Shown here one piece after another: positions 1 through 11,934 of a stretch of DNA of 64,000 bases. The notes under the pieces were generated by a model that was given only the letters and a program-made list of their open reading frames with translations, made no database searches and was not told the origin of the DNA. Position 1 is the first letter of the stretch. Each line of letters begins with the position of its first letter. The position numbers and the translations under genes are program-made. Source of the stretch: Gracilinanus agilis (Eukaryota); assembly GCF_016433145.1 (NCBI RefSeq), contig NC_058133.1, positions 202,903,974 through 202,967,973 on the forward strand, given 5' to 3'.

Positions 1-564
1 CACTTGAACCCCTGCACCAGTTAGCTGCCCCCACATGCCCTATATCTCTAAACATATCGCCTCACAAATCTGTAGTAGAGGGGAAAAGTAAGCAGAACCA
101 CTGTATTTGGAGTCTATTCTCCTCCTCCGTAACATTTTGAAAATGAACTTCTGTTGTAGACAGATGGTTCCCAGGGCTGCCGCTTCTCTGCACATCAGTC
201 ATGTCAAGTATTTGCTGGCTTGAGGTGATTCCTCACCTCTCTGCCCGCCTCCTCGTGGTGACTGTTTTGCATCGGCCAAAATTCAGGAGGAAATCAAGAC
301 TGTCTGTCTCAGGGTCTTTCCTTGTTCCGTTTCCCATTTTGGTAGCATCAGCTTGAATAGCTTTGGTTAGAATTCCAGTTGCATGCTGCGTCTTCTCATC
401 ATTATCCTGTCTAATTTGGGGGTGATTTGGAACATGGCTTTAACCAGCCTTGTGGTGCAACAGGCAGACCGTCGCTCATTCAAAAATAACTCTCATATCA
501 GCAAATTGATTTCCTATCTGTTAGGATATGGTCAGTTTCAGTTTTCTAGATTTTGTTCAATGCT

Positions 565-873
565 GACTTTTATCTTTTTGACTTACCTTATTTTGGGGGA
601 TTAGACTTCTGTGTAATTTACAAGCCTTTATCTCTTTCACTTCTTATTCCTCAACCATGTTTTATTTATTTGCTTTAAATCCTTCATCAATACTATGTAT
701 TGGTTCCAAGGCAGAAGAGTGACTTTTATCTTTTTGACTTACCTTATTTTGGGGTATTAGACTTCTGTGTAACTTACAAGCCTTTATCTCTTTCACTTCT
801 TCCTCAACCATGTTTTATTTATTTGCTTTAAATCCTTCATCAATACTATGTACTGGTTCTAAGGCAGAAGAGT
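565..873. repeat. ~155-bp tandem duplication (565-720, 721-873) in MAPT intron 12
   Basis: Two adjacent near-identical copies differing by a few substitutions and one 3-nt indel. Confidence 0.95.
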
Positions 874-960
874 GGTAAGGTACTAGGCAATGGGGGTTAA
901 TTAAGTGACTTGCCCAGAGGTCACCCAGCCAAGGAAGGTGTGAGGCCAGATTTGAGCCTC
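827..960 (-). mobile_element. Opossum-type CORE-SINE fragment (SINE1_Mdo-like)
   Basis: aaggcagaagagtggtaagg...aagtgacttgcccagaggtcac...gaggccagatttga. Confidence 0.8.
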
Positions 961-1917
961 AACCTGATTTTTCATCGTATTTTCCGCTGTGTTCATCCAT
1001 GTCCACTTTTGCTTTGAAGCTATCTAAGGATTAGGCTCTACATGGACTCAGTGTGAAAGCACCCAAAACCATTCCTAGAGTTTTTCTCCCTTCTTATCCT
1101 TAGCAATAGATGCAGCCCAGCTGTAGTTTTTTTTTCTGATCACCTTTGTTAGCTTGTGTTCATCCTAAGGACCACAAAATGAGGTTTTCTGTTACTTTGG
1201 GCCCAGGATTCAGCTGCCTCTTGAAGCCCCTTGATTTGCCTCTCTGAAGAGAATCTTTAGCCATCTTCCCATTCAACTGCATCCTCCTTACGTTTTCCAT
1301 CTTCATTTATAGAGAAAATGCCAAGATTTTATCATATGATTCAGTTCCTCCAGGAAGATGCCAGCCTGTTACAGGGCCTCACATGAGATGAACTTGAGCA
1401 TCCTCCCACTCCTTGGAGGATCACTGTCTCATCACTAATCAGTCACTACAGATGGAGGAAGGGGCTGCCTAGGACTGAGGGCCATTGAAAGTTTCCTTTG
1501 TTTTGTGGGTTTTAAGTATTTGTCACCTAATGGCCTCACTCTTGGTGAAGAGCCTCTATTCAGCGAGGCTGGTCTTTGGAAACTAAAGCCTTTCCATCAA
1601 GTAGAGACATGGGTACCCATGCTGAGCCAGGGTCTTAGCTTAATGCAAAATCTAGAGTGCTGTCGCAGTATGAACTTATTGGCAATAAACCAAAATTAGA
1701 GAAATCCCTTCATCGTGCTTCCCATAGGCAGTTTAAAAAGAAAAAACAAACAAACTTGGACTCCATTCAGAATTTGTAATAAATCAGCCAGTGCTGTCCT
1801 TTGCCAAAATTAGCCTGCTAAGTCAATTTTGTGTTAGTCAGATGGGCAGGGGACATGTTTCACCTACTAAATGGGAAGGCATTTGTTTTTCTAATTTTTT
1901 TTTTTAATATTTGGCAA

Positions 1918-2110
1918 TTTTGTTGCTGTTGTTTTCAGTCTGACTTGTGATCTCATTTGGGGTTTTCTTGGCAAAGATATTTGGAGTGGTTTGTTTTTTC
2001 CTTCTCCAGCTTTCCTTTATGGATGAAGAAACTGAGGCAAATAGGGTTAAATGACTTCCCCAGAGTCAGACTGCTAGGAAGTAGCTGAGATAAGATTTGA
2101 ATTTAGGCCT
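1918..2110 (-). mobile_element. Mar1-like CORE-SINE with RTE-type 3' end
   Basis: ggcaaagatatttggagtggtttg...ccttctccagc...gaaactgaggcaaatagggttaaatgactt. Confidence 0.7.
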
Positions 2111-2417
2111 CACTTTTGGAATTTCCCATTTAATTTTTTTTCCTCTTATTCCATGCTTCTGGAACATGGCCGCTCACCCATCTCTCCTTAGTCCTCAAGT
2201 TTCTCAAGTTTTGAGAGGCCTCATGGCCCATTGTTGAAGAGAACCCTGAATTTGAAGTCAGAAGATGTGGTTTGAGTCCTGTTCTTGTATTTTCGACCTG
2301 GGTGATTTGGGGTCCTGGTTACTTTGCCCCCCAACTCTGCCTCAGTCTTCCTTTGTCCATTGAGGGGTTCTCCTCCAGTTCCAAGCCCTCTGATTCCCTC
2401 CCCTCTTCTCCTTCTAG

Positions 2418-2633
<216 letters not shown>

Positions 2634-2658
2634 TCTTGCTCAGCAGTGTGGTAATCAT

Positions 2659-2670
2659 GGAGAGAGGAGA

Positions 2671-2710
<40 letters not shown>

Positions 2711-2737
2711 AAAAGAGAGAAAGGAAAAAAGAAAGAA
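2659..2737 (+). repeat. Imperfect (GA)n pure-purine tract just 3' of the tau stop
   Basis: 79-nt A/G-only run. Confidence 0.95.
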
Positions 2738-2865
2738 TAATTGTACAGCCCTTCTTCCTCTGTTCCTTTCCCAGCTGTTTCTCAAAGATTACCTAATTGG
2801 TTAATGATTTTACCTGCTGTTGGCCTCTTTGGCTTGAGCTCCAGGACCTCAAAATCAGTGATGGG

Positions 2866-2871
2866 AATAAA
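2866..2871 (+). terminator. MAPT: Candidate MAPT proximal poly(A) signal AATAAA
   Basis: AATAAA ~230 nt after the stop, inside the proximal conserved block. Confidence 0.45.
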
Positions 2872-3689
2872 AGCAAATTTTGTCTTTACAAATTGAATTC
2901 TTGGGGCTGGCAGTCAGAATCAATTTAAAGAAAAATTCAAAAGGAATCCACAGCCACATTTTTCAAGGCCAATTCATTTAAATTATTACTTCTCCACCCC
3001 CACCCCCCTTAAGGTGGTGGGAAAGAGAATGCAATGAATGATGCTGCTGATTGAATTTTTCAAGGAACAGGCCCAGTGCCCAACTCCTTCACCTCCCCAC
3101 CCCCACCCTATCCCAGCAGCAGCAGTGGGTTTGAAACCTGCCTTACCCAGAGATTCACAGAGACCCCAAACCATTATTATGTCAGAGGGAGAGAGAGACA
3201 CACACACAGAGAGACAGAGAGGGAGGGAGGAAGTGGGGCACCCTGTGCCCACCCTGCTATTATTATCAGAGCTCACTGAAGACCAGAAATGACAAGCTGC
3301 GAGAGCCACGATTGCCAAAGCAAGTGCCGGGGGACGTGGGAGCCGGCGGGTCAAAGGGGATGTTTGCTGGGGTTTTGGTTGTTGATGATGATGATGGTTG
3401 TTGCCCTTGTTGCCGCCGCGGCTCTGACACGGTTTTGTTTTACAGCTTTGTGGGGAAAAGGGCCCTTTGCCACCCTGAGCTTGTAAACTGCTTAGGAATT
3501 GGTCTGGGCTTTCTGGAGCATCCCAGGAGTTTCTGGGGTAGGAGGGACGCCGAATCGATTCTTATCTCTTGCAGGTATGGACGTTACCCTCTTGAAAGCC
3601 CCCGGGCGGCTTGGCTGGTTTTTAATTTTTCCCCTTTTCCTAATGGACCGGTAGACTTTAGGGAAGGCTCTTGATGCTAGTGTAAGAAG

Positions 3690-4560
3690 CGGGTTCTTTT
3701 CCCTTCTAGAAAGTAGGCCGTTTCCCTGCCGCCTGGGTTCGGAAGCTAGAATTGTATGGGCTGGTTCGTCCTGAGCGATCCTTGGGATTTCCCGTTCTAT
3801 CTGTGACAAGCCTTAGAGGACCGAGGGCTGCCCCGGCTCTTGTAGCACAAGGGGAGACGGCCTCGCGCCTAGCGAGGTGCTCAGTCCCCCATCCTCTCCC
3901 ATTGCTACCTTTCCTCATGCTTAAAGCCCCGGAGCTTAGGGCTCCCCAGCCTCTCCAGCCGGCCTGGGAACCGAGCGCCAGTCCCTGGGGCATGGCTGCG
4001 AGCTGGGCGAGGCGCCGAACCCCACCGCTTCTTCCCGTGGCCCTGAAGGCCATTTTTGTCCTCTCTGTGTGCGTGCTTTGGGATTTCTGCCCAGTCCCTG
4101 GTGGTTCCTAAGCTGTAGCTTCACAGTGTTGCCATCGTAAGCCACGCCCCCGTGTCACCCTCACAGCCGCTCAGCCAGTTTCCGAGGCCCCGCCCCCTAG
4201 CGAGAGAAGAGCGGGAGCGCACCTCCCCGGCCCGCTGGCTCCTGGCTCGCTGCGGCAGGCAGGCCCACCTTGGGCGTCTCCCCGTCTCTCTCTTTCCGGA
4301 GTGAATCTGGACCTTCCCTGCAGTCCCGAAAAAGGCAGTTTCTACTTCCGGGCAGCCATCGCTCCTTGGTTATTGCTTCTCAATGGCCTTTTCCTTCCCC
4401 AAAAATTGCTGTATCAAACTGACGGTCTCAGAGATACGGCAGGTTGAGGGAGCTAGGGGACCCTGCTCAGCTCCCGGAAACCCGCCGACCTCTCCCTACC
4501 CAGGCCGGGGGTCTCCCAGCACTAGCTGTTAGCAGCGAGGACCCTGCCGCTCCCAACCGT
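3690..4560. promoter_or_regulatory. CpG-rich island inside the MAPT 3'UTR with SP/KLF, ETS and CTCF-like motifs
   Basis: Visibly dense CpG and GC content against a CpG-poor window. GCCACGCCCCC at 4141-4151, GGCCCCGCCCCC at 4186-4197, CGCCCCCTAGCGAG at 4191-4204, ACTTCCGG at 4344-4351. Confidence 0.6.
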
Positions 4561-6843
4561 CCCTGAAGCAGATTTCCTCTCCACTATACTCTCTCCCTAG
4601 GGAAGGGGCCTCCCCTTCTCCTCCCACCCCACCCCTTCTCTCTCTGCCGCTCTCCCCTCCACATTCGATTGGAAGATGCTTCTGTGTTTGTTTGAGCCGT
4701 GGAGCTTCTCCTTCCTTTATTTCCCCATCAATTTGTGGTGTATAGTTACATTTGTCTTGTATATGCTTGGAATTCACCAGGGTGATGATTGTAAAAAGAA
4801 AAAGAAAAAAGAAAAAAACCGCATGTATCTTTAAGTGCTTACAGAGAGGTTTCCAACCTTTGTGCGCCCCACACCCGAGCGCCGTCCACACGGCTTTGAA
4901 ACAGCCTTGAAAGTGAGAACTGAGTTCTTAGTGTCATCTGCTCCGCTTTGGAAAGGTTTTGTGCTCCAAGAATATTCCAGAGCCCGAGCAGAGGGGGACC
5001 TGGAAGGCCTCGGATTCTTGGGCAGCTGCTGCACACTGGGGCAGAGGAAGATGCGTGGGCTCCCAACTCTGCCTCCTTCGTTCCAGGCCAGCAGCCCCAC
5101 TGAGGGGCAGTGAGCAGGTGATGGACTCTGCCAGCCATCCAGCCGGGGAGCATGTTGAAATAGAGTCATCCTTGAATGGTCGCAGGGGCGCCATGGAGGA
5201 GGGCTCCCCCGCTCCCTGCACATCCATCCATCTGGAAAAATGACGGAGGGTTTGCATGTCCGGAAGAAACAGCTGCCAGGCTTCTTGGGGCTTCCTCTAT
5301 GGATTCTCCACCACCTTGGGCAAGTCACAGCCTCAGAGGCTCCATTTGCCCTGTCTGTAAGATGAGGGGCTTGCATGAGGCCTTCCCAGGCAGCCACATC
5401 CTGCCACCAAGGAGAGAGACCCTGAATTTCCCCCCAAGGAAGCCATTTTCCAGAAAGGAGGCTGCCCCGCAGAAGGGTAGCCCCATCACCAGTGCACGAT
5501 GGGATCACAGATCAGAGGACCATCTGGAGCTCTCTCCAGCCCGCTTGGGAGATGCCTCCTTGGCTCTGAAGGTCAGAGCTGTGCCTTCCGGGCTAGGCTA
5601 GATGAGGTCCCTTTTATTTGTGCTTTCCGGGAGCTGGTTAGGGCTGCTGGGAAGGGCCCACGGTGGGCACAAAGGATTATGCCAGAATGGTACGGAAAGG
5701 GCAGCTCCAGAGATGGCTCAATGGGGAAGCTGTTACTTTAGGGAAACTCCCTTTAGCTGCCAGATGGGCCCCAAGTTTCTTGCTCTTGCTCTCATGGGAG
5801 ATAGGAACATAGATTTTTCCTGGAAAATCCTATTTTGAAGGGAAGATGGCTTTCTAGATCTCTGTATGGGAATCCTTCAGAGCAGAGAGAGGCCTCCAAA
5901 TTTGCTGTTGATACTCTTTTGGGCTCTGGTAACCTTTCATTTGGGGGCTTTCTGAAGCCACCAAGGCCTCAAATCTCTGACAGTAGCAGTTCCAGTATGG
6001 GTATCCCAGAGTGGTAAGTTAGGGAAGGAACCCCAAAGATGCCCTGCGTCAGATGGGCAAGAACCCCTCTCACCCCAAATCCAAGGAGGGGCACTCCATC
6101 ACGTGCTGAGCTCTCCGAGCAACGTCAGACCCTGCTGAGCCTTTCCATAACCCCTACCCAGGGACGCCTTTCCTTGCTTTGGAACCATGTCACCTCCAAA
6201 TCCATGGGACACACCTTTGGTTCCCCAGCTGCAGAGCTGGAAGCAAATCAGCCAAATGGCTAAACCAAGCCCGGGTGACTTAAGAGAATAGGCCCAGCTC
6301 TGAATTTACAATGGCGAATCAAGATGGAATGAGGGTGGGATGGAGCAGAAGGTTCTGAGATCCTTTCCGCCAGAGGGGACGGGATAGGTGGGTCAGTCTT
6401 TGGTGTGTGGCTATTGAAGCCCGCTGCAGCTCAAGGTCAAGGCAGAAGTAGCAGATGGGCCTCTGGGCCCACCCCAAAGAGGAAAAACAAAGTGATATGG
6501 TTTATAGAGTTCGAATGACACAGGATTGCTGATAAATTCAAATTCAAAAGCATTTCTTCTCTAACTTCCTCCCCATCTTGCTTGGACCATAATCAGGCAA
6601 GTGCCGTCCCAGGGACTAGCAGTGCTCTGGACCAGGATGGCACTGCCTTCTCACCAGAAAGCCACTCTGTGATACCAGCCCCAAACAGCCACAGCTACCT
6701 TTCATTTGGAATCAACTCTAGTCTTGCCTGTCGAGACCCACGTTTTAGGCAGCGGAAGGGATGCACTCTCAGGAGCCAAGGCTGTCATTGGCATTTGTGA
6801 ATGCATCAGGGAAAGCAGGGCTTCATAGTTTCTTGCGTCTCCC

Positions 6844-6844
<1 letters not shown>

Positions 6845-6884
<40 letters not shown>
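6845..6884. repeat. (CA)n microsatellite in the MAPT 3'UTR
   Basis: Direct reading. Confidence 0.95.
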
Positions 6885-6887
<3 letters not shown>

Positions 6888-7890
6888 ATTTGTAGCTCAG
6901 TTCTTACAGGGTTAAACCTAGGAAGGTAGGAATGATCCATCTCCCGGGCCAGTGACACCAGCCACAGCCGCTCACTTACACGGACATGACCACCACCGTT
7001 CATAGCAGACCTTGGGGGTGGGTTAGCCTTGGTTTCTTCGATCCCTGATCTCATAGAACCGAATTCCACTTAGCTCACCTCTCATTGTTAGAATCTGTAT
7101 TTCCCCTTTGTGTATGATACGGTAATAGGATATTTAAAATGGGCAGGAGGGCAGGAACCTTGGAATTGAGTGAACTGACCCTTAGTTTTTTACCCCTCCA
7201 AACCACCCATGTGACAAAGAGGAAAGTGGGAGACTCGAGTCTCGCCAGAAGGCGCCCAGTGTGGTCTTTGCTCTCTCAGCCACATCCAGGGCTCTTGGTG
7301 CCTCTCCCTACCAGACCCCATGGCGGAGGCCCATACCATGAGTAGGCCAAGAACAGTGGGAGTATCTGAGGATGGGCCAAGGAGTTCAGGTTGGTCTTCC
7401 TATGATGACATCATTTGGGCCCACAGAATCTTTCCTCTGTCCAGTTTTTCCAACCCCGATGCCTTCCCTCGGCCTGGGGGAAATCATTTGTCCCATTGAA
7501 CTTTGAAGAACCCGTATCCAGAAGGCACAGGCCTGCTTTCTTTCAAGATGCTCCATCCGTCTTTTCCACCTGCCCTGTGACTGCTGAAAAACGAATCCTT
7601 GTCCTAGAACTCACTTGCTATGGGGAGTTGGGAGTGGGCAAGTTACTTTTCTCCCCAAACTGTTTGAAAAGGTGGGCACTGCCCTTATCTATGGCTTAAT
7701 CTTCCACTGGGTCCTGACCCCACGGGGAAGCACAGTTTCTGCATTGTAATCCACGTGGTTTCTTAATTAATGGGGGGGTGGGGGTGGGGGGTGTTGAACT
7801 CATCCTAGCTTAGCTTCCTGTCTGTGAATGTCCATAGTATTGTGTGTTTTAACAACCGGTTTACACCGTTGCTGTAAAAGTGAATTTGGA

Positions 7891-7896
7891 AATAAA
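7891..7896 (+). terminator. MAPT: MAPT distal poly(A) signal AATAAA
   Basis: AATAAA within the conserved terminal block, followed by T/G-rich sequence. Confidence 0.9.
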
Positions 7897-8680
7897 GTTA
7901 TTACTATGATGAAAGTAAGATACTTTCTTTGTGGAGGGGGGGAAGGGTGGGAAAATAGGGAGGGCTCGAAGGACACTTCCAATTGCACTGTCTCTCTCCT
8001 CCACTGCTGAGGGCTTACCTGGCCAGGCCCCATGGAGGGAGCAGGGAAGGGCCTTGGGTTTAAATCCCAGTCCTGTCACTCACCTGCATGCGGTAGGCAG
8101 CATCCTCTCTCCAGAGGCTCACTTAGCCGTCTCTGAGGTCTCTTTCAACTCCACCCTGTGTAACTCCCACTGAGATGTTTTGAAAGCTGTTTTGAACACT
8201 TGTGTGTAGCCCTACCATCAGCTAGAAATGCCAGAGCCTGTCCAGCCCAGCAGCTATCACTTAACTGGGAGGGAGATCAGCAGTCACTAGCTCCCAAGGT
8301 AAAAGACCACAGACATCCGGGGATCTTCATCGCTCGGAGGCTTGTCACCAGAAGGAATCCAGTTCTGGATGTTGGCTGTCTTGGGCATGGCCCAGCACGT
8401 GACTTTTAGTAAAACATCCAGAAGGCCCCCTAGAGAAGTGGGGTGATGGGGAGCTCAAGGGAACTGGGAACCCTGGAACTGGATGTCTCAAACCACTTAA
8501 ATTTTCAGCAAGTCATTATAACATTTTACAGTTGGACAACCAACTCGCCAAAACCCAAGAGGGATGGTGAGGTACTGAACCAAGTCTGAAAGTATTGTAC
8601 ATTTAAAGTCTCCTGCTTAAATTTCCACAATACTTTAGAGTTGATCGAGACACAAGCATGTGTGTATGTGTACATTTGTG

Positions 8681-8681
<1 letters not shown>

Positions 8682-8727
<46 letters not shown>
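8682..8727. repeat. (CA)n microsatellite, intergenic
   Basis: Direct reading. Confidence 0.95.
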
Positions 8728-8730
<3 letters not shown>

Positions 8731-10196
8731 TTTCCCTGATGACCTTAAAAGAAATGGGGCTGTCACAGCAGAGGTAGTTTATATGGCTGCAGGGACAAGT
8801 CCCTCTCTGCTAAATCTCCTGCAGCATCTGGATGTGATGAGGGGCTAAGGATTTCCAACATGGGACACAGTAAAATGTTTTCTGCTTCCAGGCTGGGGTT
8901 TAGGGGACAAGAGTAAAGCCCATATTCTTCCTGCTGCTGGACTTTACTGGGTAGCTCAGTACTGGATTCCCTCACTCCCTTCAGAGTTCAATTTTCCTGA
9001 AGGAAGGGCCAATCCTCAGCTGTGTAACATGAGTAGCTACTGCAGACAAATGCTACATAATTCACTTGGGCAATATACGGCTCCTCTTCAAGGTCCACTA
9101 TCTGGCTCTGCTAGAAGATCAACTGGGCATGTGTCTTTTGACCCACAATGAAGCCAGCCTGGGATCCATTCTCTCCAGATTTTATGAGAATAAACCAACG
9201 ACCTTAGAAGCCACAAGCATAGGAAAAGGGAGAAAAACGTCTGGAGAAAGAAAGGTAGAGCCAAAAGCTCACTTTTCTTGCTAATCTGAGAATTCAGGAA
9301 AAAATAGATTGACAATTAGAATAGCTGGCATTTCACATAGTACCATTAAGGTTTGCAAAGTGCTTTAATATGTTATTTGTTCACGAGCTATAAAATTGGG
9401 GGTGAGGGCTTTTTAAAAAGGGGAAAGTGCTGGTATGAATAAATAAATCCTTGAACTCAAATCACATTCTTCCTGCATCTCACTTCCCTTTGTGCAGGTA
9501 AGGGGGCCCGATAGTGCAAATTGGCTATGCTGGCACACTCATCAACCCTCTGGGGAACCTGGAGGCAGAGGACTGGAGTCCTGCCTAAGGCTGGAGATTT
9601 CAGGGCCTATAGGCAGAAGTGGGAGCTCTCCAAAGGAGTAGGGCAAGACAAGAATATAGAGAACTGACTAGAAAATGCTAAAGGCCTAAAGCCCAGCACC
9701 TCCCTAGGCAAGATGATAAACATCAAAACGACAATCTAGGTATTGGCTCAGGTCCCCCTCTCAGGGAACAAAGTGAAGAAGAGGAGGACCATTCACTGCA
9801 CACACTATCTGGGTCTACTCAAACCTTATGTATAAGGAAACCTAGGGAAAAGAGCTCAGAGCTCAAGACTGGGCTATGAAGGAAGGGAGGAAGGCTTTCA
9901 GTATCATTTAGGGAATTGCATTTGATGGAAGGTGGGGGCAAGCTACCCTAGGGATGTTGAAGAATGAGATCCTCAGATGAATAAAGGAAAGACTCCAGCT
10001 CAGAAGAGAGCAAAATTTCTCTCTAGAAACTTTAGATTTCTAAGGTCCCCCGACTTGAACCTTACTCTGGAAGAAATAATTTCATTTGGGAGAAAGAATG
10101 GGAAGATAATGCCAGGGTTGGGGTTGTTTTCCTAAATGCAAAATGAGTACTCCTTTCAATGGGGATATGATTAGATATAGACTCTAAACCCTAGTG

Positions 10197-10350
10197 CAAA
10201 TACTAATAATATGGAAATGGGTCTTGATCAGTGGCACACATAAAACCCAGTGGAAATGCTCATTGGCTATGGGAGGGGGATGGGAAGAGGGGAGGGAAAG
10301 AACATGAATCATGTAACCATGGAAAAATTTTTCTAAATTAATTAAAACAA
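10197..10350 (+). mobile_element. Marsupial L1 3'-end fragment
   Basis: aataatatggaaatgggtc...ggggagggaaagaacatgaatcatgtaaccatggaaaaa, then an A-rich tail. Confidence 0.7.
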
Positions 10351-11928
10351 ACTTAAATTCTTGGAAAAAAAATGACTACTCTTACCTGGTCACTGGCCCT
10401 CCTGACCCCAGGGCTCATCCTCACCTTGAACACACAGAATCTAAGATTCTGAGATCCCTCAAAATCCTCCCCCAGCTACAGAAAGTTCTATCATCAGTTT
10501 CTTCCCTTTAAAAAAAAACCTGAAGGCCTGGATCCCTGTTTATAGGACGTTCACATAATGTCAGAGCTGGAATAAACTTTAGAACTTTAGTCCCAAGGTG
10601 GGGACTTACACCAATTCTAGGTCAACCAAAGCCACTAGTTGTATGTGGGCCCTCTGAATCCCAAGTTCAGCCCACTACAAACTATTTTCAGTTACTGGGA
10701 TGAGAACAGATTTTTAAGAAAATCATTTGAAGCTGCTTGGAAGGCAGGCATTTGAGTGGACACAAAGGCCTCAGAAGAAACTGTCATCTATCATGAAATT
10801 TGCCCTGTGTCTAGAGGTGCCAGCTCTCATCTTCTTCTCTATTAGGAGACAAAAGGTGGCATGCTACATGCTGAAATGCCCTCTAGAACCACAAGAACCA
10901 AACACAGAATGGAATCATTCCTAGAGCATCACTAGGATGGATGTCTGAGCCTATAGCAGCCAGCAACCAGCAGTAGAGGTAACAGCCTAACCAATGTATC
11001 TAAGAAAGAGGGGGTGGGAGGAAGGAGGGAGAAAGAGAAAGAACTCAACATCACCCAACAAGCCACCAAGGGAAAAAAAAAAAAAAAACCAAAAACCCTG
11101 AGCTCTGTAAAAAAGGCTAAGGGAAGACTTCATCTGCCTTCCCCAACCTCATGGTTCTACAAAATGTGTTCCTCATACATCTAAAAGGCAGGTAGCACAA
11201 GTATACCTTCATTTAAAGGGGAGGAAGCGGTGGATGAACCTGAGGGATCTCTCCATTACAGAGCACTGATAGATTTGATTCATACTGTGGCTTTTGAAGC
11301 CCTTATACATTAGTCTCTTTTCTCAACAGCCTTCACAGTGAGGTAATATCACCACTATCATTTTGTTGATAAAAGAATAGTTTTATTGGAGTTAACTAAG
11401 GGACCTGGACCCAACCAGTGTTCTTTCCACTGCATCCCCTTCCTCATTTGGTACACGAACAAGACGTAGAATTACTCTCTCCTTGGTTCCCACAATGGCC
11501 CAGGCTCTACCCAAGCTGTAGCAATTAGTCCCTCTGTGCAGAAAAATACAGAATTTGAGGCTCTTTTTCCCACCAGGGCCAGAAATTGTTCATTTTAGTA
11601 AGGGTGACCTAATGGATCCTTTCTCTTTGGCTTCCCTCTGCTCAACGTTTTTCTCAAAGTGCTTTTTTTGGGGAAATCCTGGACTGTTGGAACATCCACA
11701 AAAGGGAGGAAATGTGTTCCTGGGAAACTTGGCTGTCTGTATATGCTGATACCAGCTTGTTATAGAGACCAATGACCTCTGTGGTCTGTTCCAACTCTGA
11801 AATTCTATGCAGTCTACCCTTCACCTGGCCACGGTCGGCTCCTAGAATTGGTTGCTCAGCTGAGGAACCCAGTAAATCGTGTGTGCCAAGAAAGGACCCA
11901 GCAAATAACATCCTGTAACTTTTTTTTT

Positions 11929-11934
11929 TTTAAT
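11929..11934 (-). terminator. KANSL1: Candidate KANSL1 poly(A) signal ATTAAA
   Basis: ATTAAA on the minus strand after the distal UTR block, followed by GTTACAGGATGTTATTTGCTG (U/GU-rich). The A-rich context makes this uncertain. Confidence 0.5.

Larger units (their letters stand above)
2634..7912 (+). other. MAPT: MAPT long 3'UTR (~5.3 kb)
   Basis: Follows the tau stop. Contains three blocks resembling the human MAPT 3'UTR (about 2735-2985, 4722-4860, 7797-7912) and ends with GTGAATTTGGAAATAAAGTTATTACT as in human tau mRNA. The exact cleavage site is inferred. Confidence 0.88.

Noticed and set aside
4831-5508. 225-aa minus-strand ORF and neighbouring ORFs in the MAPT UTR
   Set aside because: No recognisable domain or splice context; long ORFs in several frames are expected in GC-rich sequence.
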